This document shows, in pieces, positions 49,836-59,844 of a stretch of DNA of 61,851 nucleotides. Below the pieces are notes generated by a model. That model saw only the letters and a program-made list of their open reading frames with translations. It was not told the origin of the DNA and searched no databases. Made by a program: the position numbers and the translations under genes. Source of the stretch: an uncultured bacterium (GTDB lineage Bacteria; UBP14; UBA6098; B30-G16); the NCBI GenBank assembly GCA_965552135.1, contig CBEVQY010000014.1, positions 1 to 61,851 on the forward strand. Reading direction: 5' to 3'. Within the stretch, counting starts at the first letter, position 1. Each line of letters starts with the position of its first letter.

Positions 49836-51749
49836 ATGTCCCGGGTTCTTGACCCCTCCGAGGCAAAGCTGCGCAGGAGGCTGCGCCTGTTCGACGTGTT
49901 CGCCATCGCCTCCGGGGCGATGGTGAGCTCTGGACTTTTCGTTCTGCCGGGGCTTGCCCACGCCAAAGCCGGTCCTGCGGCATGCATATCCTACCTGTTT
50001 GCCGGCTTCCTCGCGGCAACTGGGATGCTTAGCAAGGCAGAGCTTGCCACGGCGATGCCGAAAGCCGGCGGCACATACCTCTACGTCACCCGAAGCCTCG
50101 GCGCAGCCGCGGGAACCGTCGCAGGGCTTATGCTGTGGCTCTCCCTTGCGCTGAAAAGCTCGTTCGCCCTCGTGGGGATGGGCGTATTCGTCCGCATATT
50201 CGTCGACGTCCCACACCAGGTCGTCGCCGTTGCGCTTGCAGTGGCGTTCGTGGCGGTGAACATTGCAGGAGTAAAAGAGGCGGCACGGCTGCAGGTGATC
50301 CTGGTGACGGCGCTTCTGGCGCTGCTTATGCTCTACATCGGCTTCGGCATGACGAAGGTTTCTGCCGAAAAGCTTTTGCCCTTCGTTCCCTATGGCTGGC
50401 GGGCGGTATTTTCGACGGCTGGCTTCGTCTTCATATCGTTCGGCGGCGTGCTCAAAGTCGGCGCCGTCGCCGAGGAGGTAAAAAGCCCCGGACGGAATAT
50501 ACCCGCCGGCATGTCGCTGGCGCTTTTCGTGATAACCTTCGTCTACACCTTCGCCGTGTTCGTCACGGCAGGGGTTTTGGACGCGCAAAAGCTCGACTCG
50601 TCCCTCATGCCGCTTTACGACGGGGCGCTTGCCTTCCTCGGACCTGCGGGCGGCGCAGCCATGGCGGTGGCGGCGATGTTCGCATTCCTCACAACCGCCA
50701 ACGCCGGGCTGCTTTCGGCATCGAGGTACCCCGTTGCGATGAGCCGCGATGGCGTCCTGCCCCCAACGTTCGCCAAAATCCACCCAAAGCGCGGAACACC
50801 ATACGTCTCCGTGCTCACAACCGGAGCTATTGTCATAGGCGCCGTCTTCCTCCACCTCGAAGCACTCGTGGAGCTCGCATCGACTGTGCTTATACTGACC
50901 TTCCTGTTCGACAACCTCACCCTCATCATAATGCGCGAAAGCGGGCTGCACAACTACCGCCCACAGTTTAAGGCGCCGCTTTACCCCTGGCTCCAGCTTG
51001 CAGGAATCGTTGGACTCGCCTTCCTCATAGCCGAAATGGGCGCCTTCACCATCATGCTGACCCTCGCGTCGGTCCTTGCGGGCCTTGTGTGGTACTGGTT
51101 CTACGGCAGGATAAGGGCGACGCGGGAGACAGCGCTTATGGAGATCATAAGCAGGATCACCTCCAAAAAACTCACAAGCGGGCTTTTGGACGCCGAGCTT
51201 CGTCAGATCGTTTTGGAGCGCAACGGCATAGTCGCCGACCGCCTCGATGCGCTCATCGAAGATGCCCCGGTGGTGGACGTCCCGGGAACGATAACGATGG
51301 AGGAGCTCTTCAGGCTTGCTGCCCGAAAGCTTGCGCCAAAGCTCGGCGAAAAGCCCGAAAATCTCTACAGGCTATTTGTGGAGCGCGAGATGGAGTCGTC
51401 AACTGTCCTCCACGAAGGGCTTGCCATACCCCACATTATCGTTGACGGCGAGCGCCGATTCGCTTTAATGATAGTTCGCTGTCGTGGTGGTATAATCTTT
51501 CCGGGTGCATCGGCGCCTGTGTGGGCGGCGTTTGTGATGGCGGGCACGAGGGACGAGCGCAACTTCTACCTAAAGGCGCTTGCGGCGATCGTGGAGGCTA
51601 CGGCAGCCCCGGATTTCGCAAGAAGGTGGTTCGCCGCAAAATCGGCGCAGGCGCTAAGGGATATACTTCAGCTCGGGCGGAGGCGGAGGTTCGGGGCAAA
51701 GGAGATCCAACCACGAAGCCTCAACCAGGAGGAACCAGATGGCTCTTAA
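49836..51749 (+). CDS. APC-family amino acid permease fused to a C-terminal PTS EIIA (Ntr/Fru-type) domain
   Basis: GAMVSSGLFVLPG, AELATAMPKAGG, AEEVKSPGRNIP, about 12 TM; EREMESSTVLHEGLAIPH. Confidence 0.88.
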   Translation: MSRVLDPSEAKLRRRLRLFDVFAIASGAMVSSGLFVLPGLAHAKAGPAACISYLFAGFLAATGMLSKAELATAMPKAGGTYLYVTRSLGAAAGTVAGLMLWLSLALKSSFALVGMGVFVRIFVDVPHQVVAVALAVAFVAVNIAGVKEAARLQVILVTALLALLMLYIGFGMTKVSAEKLLPFVPYGWRAVFSTAGFVFISFGGVLKVGAVAEEVKSPGRNIPAGMSLALFVITFVYTFAVFVTAGVLDAQKLDSSLMPLYDGALAFLGPAGGAAMAVAAMFAFLTTANAGLLSASRYPVAMSRDGVLPPTFAKIHPKRGTPYVSVLTTGAIVIGAVFLHLEALVELASTVLILTFLFDNLTLIIMRESGLHNYRPQFKAPLYPWLQLAGIVGLAFLIAEMGAFTIMLTLASVLAGLVWYWFYGRIRATRETALMEIISRITSKKLTSGLLDAELRQIVLERNGIVADRLDALIEDAPVVDVPGTITMEELFRLAARKLAPKLGEKPENLYRLFVEREMESSTVLHEGLAIPHIIVDGERRFALMIVRCRGGIIFPGASAPVWAAFVMAGTRDERNFYLKALAAIVEATAAPDFARRWFAAKSAQALRDILQLGRRRRFGAKEIQPRSLNQEEPDGS

Positions 51750-53232
51750 GGAGAAGGTTTTCTGGGACAACCGGATGGCTTTTGTCCTCGCCTCCATCGG
51801 CTCGGCTATCGGGCTTGGGAACATATGGCGCTTCCCATACATCTGCTACAAGTACGGCGGCGGGGCGTTCCTTGTGGCGTACATAGTGGCGCTTTTTGTT
51901 GCGGGGTTGCCGCTTTTGGTGCTCGAGTTCGGACTCGGGCAAAAGATTGGCGGCTCGGCGCCAACAGCGCTCGCAAAGGTCTCCAAAAGCTTCGCGTGGG
52001 TCGGATGGATGGCGATACTCGTGGGCTTCTTCATCACAACCTACTACTCCGTCATAATGTCGTGGGCGGCGAACTACCTCGTGCACTCGCTCACGCTCGC
52101 CTGGGGCAGCGACCCAAAAACGTTCTTCTTCAAAAAGGTCCTCGGACTCTCCGACGGGATATTCGACATCGGCGCGCCACGCCTGCACCTGCTCTTGGGA
52201 CTTGTGGTGGTGTGGGTCTGGATCGTGCTCTCCATCTGGAAGGGCGCAAGGACGGTAAGCAAAGTCGTGTACGTCACTGTAACGCTTCCGTGGCTTATAC
52301 TTCTCATCCTGGTCTTCGGCGGACTGACTCTGCCCGGCGCGCTCACAGGGATAAAATACTACCTCACGCCCAACTGGCGGGCGCTTCTGGACGCTGAGCT
52401 ATGGCAGGCAGCGTTCACACAGGTGTTCTTCTCCCTGTCGGTTGGATTCGGCGTTATGATAGCCTACGCAAGCTTCCTGCCGCCCAAAAGCGACATCGTA
52501 AACAGCGCCTTCATAATCGGTCTTTCCGACGCCGCAACGGCATTTGTGGGCGGATTCGCCGTATTCTCCGCGCTGGGATACTACGCCCAGCTTCAGGGCG
52601 TCTCCGTCGCCGACGTGATGAAAAGCGGTCCCGAGCTTGCCTTCGTAACCTACCCCGCCATCATAAACCACCTGCCCCTGGCGCCGCTTGTGGGCGTGCT
52701 GTTTTTCGTTATGCTCCTTACGCTCGCCATCGACTCGGCGTTCTCCCTTGTGGAGGCTGTGGTCGCAGGCGTTATGGAGACCTTCGGGCTCGGACGAACC
52801 AAAACGAACGTTGCCGTGGCAGCGCTGGCGTTCACCATAGGGATCATCTACACGACCACGGCAGGGCTATACTGGCTCGATGTGGTCGACTACTACATGT
52901 CCTTCTTCGGACTTTTCGCCGTCGCATTCCTCGAGGCGGTGGCGGTGGGATGGATCTTCGACACAGAGGAGCTCCGCAGACGGATAAACGAAACCTCCCT
53001 CGTCCACATCGGCAGGTGGTGGAACGTCGCGGTCAAGGTCGTTGTGCCACTTTCGGCGCTGGTCATCCTGTGCATAACGATAATAAGCCGCATAAAATCC
53101 CCCTACGGCGGCTACCCCCGCACGGCGGAGCTTTTGGGCGGATGGATGCCGATCCTTGTTGCCATCCTCGGCGGCGTAGCCCTCGGCAGAGCAACGGTCC
53201 ACGCGATCAGAAGGGAATCCTCAGAACAGTAA
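51739..53232 (+). CDS. Sodium-dependent transporter, NSS/SNF (LeuT) family
   Basis: GSAIGLGNIWRFPY, GGGAFL, QVFFSLSVGFG, GPELAFVTYP. Confidence 0.93.
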   Translation: MALKEKVFWDNRMAFVLASIGSAIGLGNIWRFPYICYKYGGGAFLVAYIVALFVAGLPLLVLEFGLGQKIGGSAPTALAKVSKSFAWVGWMAILVGFFITTYYSVIMSWAANYLVHSLTLAWGSDPKTFFFKKVLGLSDGIFDIGAPRLHLLLGLVVVWVWIVLSIWKGARTVSKVVYVTVTLPWLILLILVFGGLTLPGALTGIKYYLTPNWRALLDAELWQAAFTQVFFSLSVGFGVMIAYASFLPPKSDIVNSAFIIGLSDAATAFVGGFAVFSALGYYAQLQGVSVADVMKSGPELAFVTYPAIINHLPLAPLVGVLFFVMLLTLAIDSAFSLVEAVVAGVMETFGLGRTKTNVAVAALAFTIGIIYTTTAGLYWLDVVDYYMSFFGLFAVAFLEAVAVGWIFDTEELRRRINETSLVHIGRWWNVAVKVVVPLSALVILCITIISRIKSPYGGYPRTAELLGGWMPILVAILGGVALGRATVHAIRRESSEQ

Positions 53233-53242
53233 AAATTTTCTC

Positions 53243-53270
53243 TTGCACCGCGACAAAGTGTGTTTATAAT
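53243..53270 (+). promoter_or_regulatory. Putative sigma70 promoter of mltD
   Basis: TTGCAC (53243-53248), 16 nt, TATAAT (53265-53270). Confidence 0.6.
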
Positions 53271-53316
53271 ATCATAAGAGATGTGAGGCGACGAGCGCAA
53301 CGTAAAGAGCGGCTTA

Positions 53317-55551
53317 ATGTTATCGCGATTAAAAATCGCTTTAGCGTGTGGGCTTTTCCTCCTTGTGCTCGGATGCGGTCCTAAAGCCCTCCTGCAGCGC
53401 CAGGACGACGTCCCAAGGCGCTCGAGGGAGCTTCTTGCCGAGGCCCAAAGACTTTACGCCGACGGCGTGGTCTACAACATGCGCGGTCAGTGGACCAGCG
53501 CCCGGGACGCCTTCGACGCAGCCCTCAGGATAATCTCCCAGATCGACCTCGAAGGCGACCCGACGATCTCCGACGAGGTCGACGCGCTTTTGAGGGAAAT
53601 CGCCTACGACTACCGCTTCACCCTCTCGCAGGCGGAAACCCTCACCGTCGAGAGCGCGCCCGTTGTGCTCTCACTGGCGCTTTCTGAAAAACCGTTCAGC
53701 GAGCTTACGCAAAAAAGGCTCAAAAAACTCATCGAAGAGCTCCCCGCAAAGGTCTCCGAAAAGAGGTTCGACTTCCCGATCGTCTGGAACGAGCGAGTTA
53801 AGGAGAAGATCGTCTTCTTCCAGACCGAGGCTCACAAGCCGTTTGCCCGATGGCTGGGGAGATCGACGAGGTACCTTCCGATGATAAGGCGCATCTTCGC
53901 CGAGGAGGGGCTGCCGCAGGACCTGGCGTATCTCCCGCTTATCGAAAGCGGGTTCAACCCAAACGCTTACTCCTGGGCGCATGCGGTTGGCATCTGGCAG
54001 TTCATAAAGGGGACGGCAAGGCTTTACGGTCTTGACGTCAACTGGTGGGTTGATGAGCGCCGCGACCCCGAAAAATCGACGCGCGCAGCAGCAAAATACC
54101 TCAAAAAGCTCTATTCCATCTTCGGCGACTGGCACCTCGCTCTCGCCGCATACAACTGCGGCGAAGGGAGAATCCTCAGGGCTATCAAAAAACAAAAGAC
54201 CCAAAACTACTGGGAGCTTGATCTGCCAACCCAAACCGAAAACTACGTTCCGCTCTTTATAGCGGCGCTCATCATAGCCAAGGACCCGCAGAAGTACGGC
54301 TTCGACGACGTCATCTACGAGGCGCCGCTGGACTACGACGTCGTCTGGGTGGATGAGGTCGTTGACCTTCGTCTTGCAGCGCGCTGCGCCGAAACGAGCC
54401 CCGAGGAGATAAAACTCCTCAACCCCGAGCTCGTGCGGGGATGCACGCCCCCCAAGGCGAAGCGATATCCGCTTAAGGTCCCCAAGGGCAAGGGCGCCGC
54501 CTTTGTGGAGAACTACCGCAAGGTTCCCGACTCAGAAAAGACCGCCTGGTACCGCCACAGGGTCAAGCGCGGCGAAAGCCTCTGGACCATAGCGAGGCGC
54601 TACGGCACTTCGGTGCAGGCGCTCATCGACGCAAACTCGATCAAAAACCCACGCGCGCTCCGACCGGGAGCGTACCTGCTTGTCCCCATCGACAGGACAA
54701 AAGCCCAGCGCATAGCGGCAAAGGAAGCGAGGCGCAAAAGCGGCAAATACGTCGTGAAAAAGGGCGACACGATCATCGGCATAGCGAAAAAGCTGGGCGT
54801 GTCCGCAAAAAAGCTTATGGAGGCAAACGGGCTTACGGCAAAAAGCGTGATCCGTCCGGGGCAGGTGCTTCGGGTCCCCGGAGAAACGACCACGGTGTAC
54901 CACATCGTCAAAAAGGGCGAAACCCTGTCGGAGATAGCTTCACGCTACGGCGTCAAGGTCTCGGACCTTGTGCGCTGGAACGGGCTTAAGAGCTCGACCA
55001 TCCGCGTGGGTCAGAGGCTGCGCGTTGAGCTTTCGGAGGAACCCCTGGAAAGCAGGGAGCTTGTCCACGTCGTCCGCCGCGGCGAAAGCCTCTGGTCAAT
55101 CGCGAGGCGCTACGGTGTGACGGTCTCCGACATAAAGCGCTGGAACAACCTGAGGTCCGACAGGCTGTCGCCGGGACAGAGGCTCGTCCTCAAAGGCTCG
55201 GGCGGCACCCTGGCGAAAAGAACGACAAAGCGCAAAGGCAAAAAGCTTGCCCACACAGTCCGCCGTGGCGAAAGCCTTTGGTCAATCGCGAGGCGCTACG
55301 GCGTGACGATATCCGACATAAAGCGCTGGAACGGGCTTAAATCCGACGTCCTTCGTCCGGGGCAAAAGCTTGTCATCTACGCCCGCGCCAAGGGTGCAAA
55401 GACCGTTGTGCACACCGTGCGCCGCGGGGAGACGCTTTGGCAGATCGCGCGAAAATACGGAACCTCCGCCGACGCCATCATGAAGTACAACAACCTCACC
55501 GACCCCACAAAGCTCCGCCCCGGCGACAGGCTGACCATCCTCCTCCAATAA
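53317..55551 (+). CDS. mltD: MltD-like lytic murein transglycosylase lipoprotein with six C-terminal LysM domains
   Basis: Lipobox VLGC; LIESGFNP, AVGIWQFI, DERRDP, ALAAYNCGEG, TENYVP; six H/Y.V..G.[ST]L..IA..[YL]G repeats. Confidence 0.92.
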   Translation: MLSRLKIALACGLFLLVLGCGPKALLQRQDDVPRRSRELLAEAQRLYADGVVYNMRGQWTSARDAFDAALRIISQIDLEGDPTISDEVDALLREIAYDYRFTLSQAETLTVESAPVVLSLALSEKPFSELTQKRLKKLIEELPAKVSEKRFDFPIVWNERVKEKIVFFQTEAHKPFARWLGRSTRYLPMIRRIFAEEGLPQDLAYLPLIESGFNPNAYSWAHAVGIWQFIKGTARLYGLDVNWWVDERRDPEKSTRAAAKYLKKLYSIFGDWHLALAAYNCGEGRILRAIKKQKTQNYWELDLPTQTENYVPLFIAALIIAKDPQKYGFDDVIYEAPLDYDVVWVDEVVDLRLAARCAETSPEEIKLLNPELVRGCTPPKAKRYPLKVPKGKGAAFVENYRKVPDSEKTAWYRHRVKRGESLWTIARRYGTSVQALIDANSIKNPRALRPGAYLLVPIDRTKAQRIAAKEARRKSGKYVVKKGDTIIGIAKKLGVSAKKLMEANGLTAKSVIRPGQVLRVPGETTTVYHIVKKGETLSEIASRYGVKVSDLVRWNGLKSSTIRVGQRLRVELSEEPLESRELVHVVRRGESLWSIARRYGVTVSDIKRWNNLRSDRLSPGQRLVLKGSGGTLAKRTTKRKGKKLAHTVRRGESLWSIARRYGVTISDIKRWNGLKSDVLRPGQKLVIYARAKGAKTVVHTVRRGETLWQIARKYGTSADAIMKYNNLTDPTKLRPGDRLTILLQ
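55072..55332 (+). repeat. 75-bp intragenic direct repeat (LysM4/LysM5)
   Basis: 55072-55146 versus 55258-55332, 70/75 identical by hand alignment. Confidence 0.9.
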
Positions 55552-55612
55552 ATCGCCTTGACAAAGGAGGCGCGGAAGGCAAGGATTTATAGCAAAAGCG
55601 TGGAGGGGCGTT

Positions 55613-56140
55613 TTGGTTTCGCTTCCGCCGCACAGGGTTATCCTTACGCCCGAGCAGATCCAACGCAGGGTCGACGAGCTTGCCGAGGAGATAAAGAGGG
55701 ACCTCGGCGACAAAACCCCCCTCGTCGTCGTGGTCCTCAAGGGCGCCTTCATCTTTGCGGCTGATCTGGTGAGGCGGTTCGATTTCCCCTACGAGCTCGA
55801 CTTCATCGCAACCTCGTCCTACGGCGACGCCACCGAAAGCACAGGCGTCGTAAAACTCCTCAAGGACCTCGATGAGCCCGTCAAGGGCAGAACGGTGCTT
55901 CTGGTGGAGGACATAATCGACACCGGGCTTACTCTGCACTACCTTTACGAGCTTTTGCAGATAAGGCAGCCTGAGCGGCTCGAGGTTGCGGCTTTTCTGT
56001 CGAAGCGGGCGCGCAGGTCGTTCGAGGTGCCCGTAAAGTACATCGGGTTCGAGATCCCGAACCTGTTCGTCGTGGGCTATGGTCTTGACTACAACCAGAT
56101 GTTCCGCGGGCTGCCGTACGTCGTCGGCATCACAGAATGA
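55613..56140 (+). CDS. hpt: Hypoxanthine phosphoribosyltransferase
   Basis: VLKGAFIF, SSYG, LLVEDIIDTGLTL, FVVGYGLDY; TTG start with SD GGAGG. Confidence 0.95.
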   Translation: MVSLPPHRVILTPEQIQRRVDELAEEIKRDLGDKTPLVVVVLKGAFIFAADLVRRFDFPYELDFIATSSYGDATESTGVVKLLKDLDEPVKGRTVLLVEDIIDTGLTLHYLYELLQIRQPERLEVAAFLSKRARRSFEVPVKYIGFEIPNLFVVGYGLDYNQMFRGLPYVVGITE

Positions 56141-57345
56141 CCTCACCCATGCGGGACGAAACCCCCAAAAGCGTGGTCGTCAAAAGCGGGCTTTCCGTCC
56201 TGCGTGATGAACTCCTGCCCGAGCTTTGGGGGAAGAGGGTCGCCGTGCTCTGCCACGCCGCATCCGTCGACGAAAACCTCGTGCACATAGTCGACATACT
56301 CGTCTCGGGCGGGGTTGAGGTGGTGAGGATATTCGCGCCGGAGCACGGGCTTTGGGGCTACGCTCAGGACCAAGTGCCCGTGGCGCACACAAAACACCCG
56401 AAACACAAAATCCCCATAATCTCGCTCTACGGGAAGGAACTTTCGTCCCTCTCCCCCAAAGCCGAAGAGCTTGCGGACGTCGACCTTGCGATAGTCGACC
56501 TGCAGGACGTTGGTGCGCGCTACTACACTTTCGTCTGGACGGCGCTTTTGTTCGCCGAGGCTGCCGCAAGGGCGAGGGTGAAGGTCCTGATCCTCGACAG
56601 ACCGAACCCCATAGGGGGCGCCGTCGAAGGACCCGTCCAAGAGGAGGGCTTTCTCTCGTTCGTCGGTCTTCACCCCGTCCCGATACGGCACGGCATGACG
56701 ATAGGCGACCTCCTCAGATTCGTCTGCGCGCAGCGCAAAAGCTGCGAGGTCGAGGTGGTGAGGATGGTTGGCTGGCGCCAAAGCCTGTGGTTCGACCAGA
56801 CCGGGCTTCTGTGGGTCCTGCCATCACCGAACATGCCAACCCTCGAGACCGCAACGCTCTACCCGGGGGTTTGCCTGCTTGAGGGAACGAACGTCTCCGA
56901 GGGTCGCGGAACGACAAAACCGTTCGAGATCATAGGCGCACCCTTCCTGAACCCCTACGAGCTTGCGGAAAGGCTTTCGAGCTTCGACCTCCCCGGCGTT
57001 GGGTTCAGGCCCCTTGTCTTCATCCCCACACGCGGGAAGCACGCAGGCATGCGCTGCGGCGGCGTGCAGATACACGTCACACAAAGGGAGGCGCTTTCGC
57101 CCGTGCTTTTGGGCTTCGCCTTGGTTAAAGCTTTGCTCGAGCTTGCGCCGGAGGAGTTCTCGTTCAAGCAGCCGCCCTACGAGTTTGTGCGCGACAAGCT
57201 CCCGTTCGACGTCCTGACGGGCTCGCCCTCCTGGCGCGAAATGCTCGTCAAGGGTGCCCCTCTCGACGAAATAAAAGGCGCGTTCGAGCCCCAGGCGAAG
57301 GAGTTCGAGGAAAAGCGCAGGGACTTTATCTCCTACCCGCAATGA
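56137..57345 (+). CDS. namZ: DUF1343 / NamZ (YbbC)-like exo-beta-N-acetylmuramidase
   Basis: FAPEHG, DLQDVGARYYTF, LDRPNP, RHGMTIG, PSPNMP, EGTNVSEGRGT. Confidence 0.88.
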   Translation: MTSPMRDETPKSVVVKSGLSVLRDELLPELWGKRVAVLCHAASVDENLVHIVDILVSGGVEVVRIFAPEHGLWGYAQDQVPVAHTKHPKHKIPIISLYGKELSSLSPKAEELADVDLAIVDLQDVGARYYTFVWTALLFAEAAARARVKVLILDRPNPIGGAVEGPVQEEGFLSFVGLHPVPIRHGMTIGDLLRFVCAQRKSCEVEVVRMVGWRQSLWFDQTGLLWVLPSPNMPTLETATLYPGVCLLEGTNVSEGRGTTKPFEIIGAPFLNPYELAERLSSFDLPGVGFRPLVFIPTRGKHAGMRCGGVQIHVTQREALSPVLLGFALVKALLELAPEEFSFKQPPYEFVRDKLPFDVLTGSPSWREMLVKGAPLDEIKGAFEPQAKEFEEKRRDFISYPQ

Positions 57346-58652
57346 GCGCTTGCGGCGCAGAAAGGAAGCTTTTGCACCTCGTTGGCGGCGTTTTCAGGCG
57401 CGGATTCCGCCTTCCCTTCGGCGGATGGCTCGAGGTATCAACCAGATCCTGCGGCAAGCTCGCTCTGTTCTTCCTCAGGCGCGGTGGCGGAGCAAAGCTT
57501 TTGCTCGCACCGAAGCTGCCCAAGGTCAATGTGGGCTGGTGCAGCCCCGCGTGGGGTTTCCTTGTAGCCGGCGTCGCAGCAGGAGATGACTTCGTCTCCT
57601 TCGAGCTCCACCGCAGGCGCGACGACGAAAGGCGAAGGCTTATCTTCAGGCTCGGTCGCGGCGGAAACGCCTTCGTCGTAAACCGCGACGGCGTCATCAT
57701 CTGGGTCGACAGGAGGACCCCGGCGGAGTTCGTCGGCGCCGAGGTCGACCTGGGTGAGCTTTCGCCCATCGAGGGCGAGCCGGAGGACCCAACCACCGCC
57801 ATCGGACAGGGGCTGCGCGCATTCGAGGAAGCCTACGACGAGCTTGTGGGGAAGGTGGTCCGCAGGGCGCTTAAGCTGGAGATCAAGCGCACGAGGCGCG
57901 CCCTCGAGGCTGTGCGGCGCGACTACGAAAAACTCGGCGACCCCAACGCCCTGAGGAGAACCGCCGACACCATTATGGCGAACCTCACGCGCATCCCGAA
58001 GGGGGCGTCGGAGATCGAGGTCGAGGATCCCTACGGCGGCGGTGTCGTTCGCCTTGAGCTCGACCCGCGCCTCGAGCCCCAAGTCTTCGCACAGCGCCTT
58101 TATGCCCGCGCCCGCAGGGCAGAGCGCGGCAGACGCGAAGCACGAAAAAGGTACAAAAGCCTTCTGCGCAAACTCGCGGGGCTTTCGAGGCTTTCGCAGA
58201 TATCCGACCACAACGTCGTGGCACAGGAGCTTGGGCTCGACCTGAGCGACATCCTCGGCGAGCCCGTTGCCGAGCGCCGTGAGCAAAAGCCCCCGCCCGG
58301 AACAAGGCGCTTTGTGATCGACGGCTACGAGGTGCTCGTTGGTCGCTCAGCCGAGGCGAACAATCGCCTCACCTTCCAAATAGCCGCGAGGGACGACATC
58401 TGGCTGCACGCGGAGGGCGTGAAGGGCGCGCACGTGGTGATCCGCTGCGCAGGGCGGTATGTGCCGCGTGAGGTGATACACAAAGCCGCGCGCATCGCCG
58501 CCGCATTCTCCGACGCAAAACACGCGTCGCTGGCGCCGGTGATCTTCACGCGAAGGCGATACGTCCACCCCATAAAAGGCAAGCCCGGGCTTGTGCGCAC
58601 AGACAGAGGCGAAACGATATTCGTCGAACCGGGGATCCCCGAGGGCTCATAG
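57342..58652 (+). CDS. RqcH/NFACT (FbpA-like) ribosome quality control protein, divergent N-terminus
   Basis: ADTIMANL, LELDPRL coiled-coil middle; NFACT-R VLVGRSAEANNRLT, DIWLHAEGVKGAHVVI, AARIAAAFS. Confidence 0.8.
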   Translation: MSACGAERKLLHLVGGVFRRGFRLPFGGWLEVSTRSCGKLALFFLRRGGGAKLLLAPKLPKVNVGWCSPAWGFLVAGVAAGDDFVSFELHRRRDDERRRLIFRLGRGGNAFVVNRDGVIIWVDRRTPAEFVGAEVDLGELSPIEGEPEDPTTAIGQGLRAFEEAYDELVGKVVRRALKLEIKRTRRALEAVRRDYEKLGDPNALRRTADTIMANLTRIPKGASEIEVEDPYGGGVVRLELDPRLEPQVFAQRLYARARRAERGRREARKRYKSLLRKLAGLSRLSQISDHNVVAQELGLDLSDILGEPVAERREQKPPPGTRRFVIDGYEVLVGRSAEANNRLTFQIAARDDIWLHAEGVKGAHVVIRCAGRYVPREVIHKAARIAAAFSDAKHASLAPVIFTRRRYVHPIKGKPGLVRTDRGETIFVEPGIPEGS

Positions 58653-59825
58653 CCCGCGGAGCTTGCGCTCGTACCAGGAGGCGGCAAGATCAAGGATATC
58701 CTGCCTGAGGACCTCGATCCCCTTGCCCGTAAGCGCCGAGACGAAGATCGCGTCGGGATACCTGCGGCGCAGGCTGGCTATCTCATCCCTGGTCAGGAGG
58801 TCGACTTTGTTCACCACAAGCCACCTCTGCTTCGGCGCGGATATTTCGTCGAGGGTCGAGTTCACCACGGCGATGTGTTCGTCGAGGGCGTTGTGGCTGC
58901 CGTCGGCGACCAGAAGGAGAAGATCAGCCTCACGCGCCTCCGCAAGCGTGCTCTTGAACGACTCTATAAGGTGGTGCGGAAGCTTTTTTATGAAGCCCAC
59001 GGTGTCGGTCACAAGCACGGTCGTTTCGCCGTCGGAGAGGCGCCTTGTCGTCGCGTCGAGGGTTGCGAAAAGCATATCCGCAACGACGACGCCGGCGCCC
59101 GTCAGCCTGTTGAGGAGCGACGACTTCCCCGCATTCGTATAGCCCACCAGGGCAACGCGGAAGACGTTCTTCCTTCTCTTTCGCTGGACGCGCCGCTCCT
59201 TCTCGACGTCCGCAAGCTTTCGCCGCAGAAGGGCTATGCGCCTTTGGACCACGCGGCGGTCGGACTCGAGCTGCTTCTCGCCGGGACCGCGAACGCCTAT
59301 CGCGCCGTACTGCCTCTCAAGGTGGCGCCACATCCCCGCAAGGCGCGGAAGGAGGTACTCAAGCTGCGCAAGCTCCACCTGAAGCTTTGCCTCGGGCGTG
59401 CGGGCATGGGTGGCGAAGATGTCGAGTATAAGCCCGCTTCTGTCGAGCACCTTGACATCCTCGCCCAGCGCCTTCGTGAGGTTGCGAACCTGAGCGGGGC
59501 GGAGGTCATCGTCGAAGATCACGGTTCGGGCGCCTGTGCGCTCCAAAAGCCCTTTAAGCTCGTCGACTTTGCCGCGACCGATGAAGAAGGCGGGGTCGGG
59601 ATGGTCTCTCTTCTGCGTTATCGCGCCAACGACGACTCCGCCCGCGGTTTCCACCAGGAGTGCGAGCTCGGCGAGGTCCTCCTCAGCCGTGCCGGGCGGC
59701 TCCCACGGCAGAATAACCCGGCAAAGCACAACGCGCTCGGCGGAACGCGCCGTGACGAAGCCAAAGCGCGCTCCGCGCAAAGTCCTACCCAACGACCCAT
59801 CTTTCGAAACGCTGCCGCCAGTCAT
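58647..59825 (-). CDS. hflX: Ribosome-splitting GTPase HflX
   Basis: FIGRGKV, LILDIFA, LQVELAQL, GPGEKQLE, GYTNAGKSSL, FATLD, DTVGFI, NKVD; exact start uncertain. Confidence 0.95.
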   Translation of the reverse strand: MTGGSVSKDGSLGRTLRGARFGFVTARSAERVVLCRVILPWEPPGTAEEDLAELALLVETAGGVVVGAITQKRDHPDPAFFIGRGKVDELKGLLERTGARTVIFDDDLRPAQVRNLTKALGEDVKVLDRSGLILDIFATHARTPEAKLQVELAQLEYLLPRLAGMWRHLERQYGAIGVRGPGEKQLESDRRVVQRRIALLRRKLADVEKERRVQRKRRKNVFRVALVGYTNAGKSSLLNRLTGAGVVVADMLFATLDATTRRLSDGETTVLVTDTVGFIKKLPHHLIESFKSTLAEAREADLLLLVADGSHNALDEHIAVVNSTLDEISAPKQRWLVVNKVDLLTRDEIASLRRRYPDAIFVSALTGKGIEVLRQDILDLAASWYERKLRGL

Positions 59826-59844
59826 GCTTCGAAGGCGGGAACTC

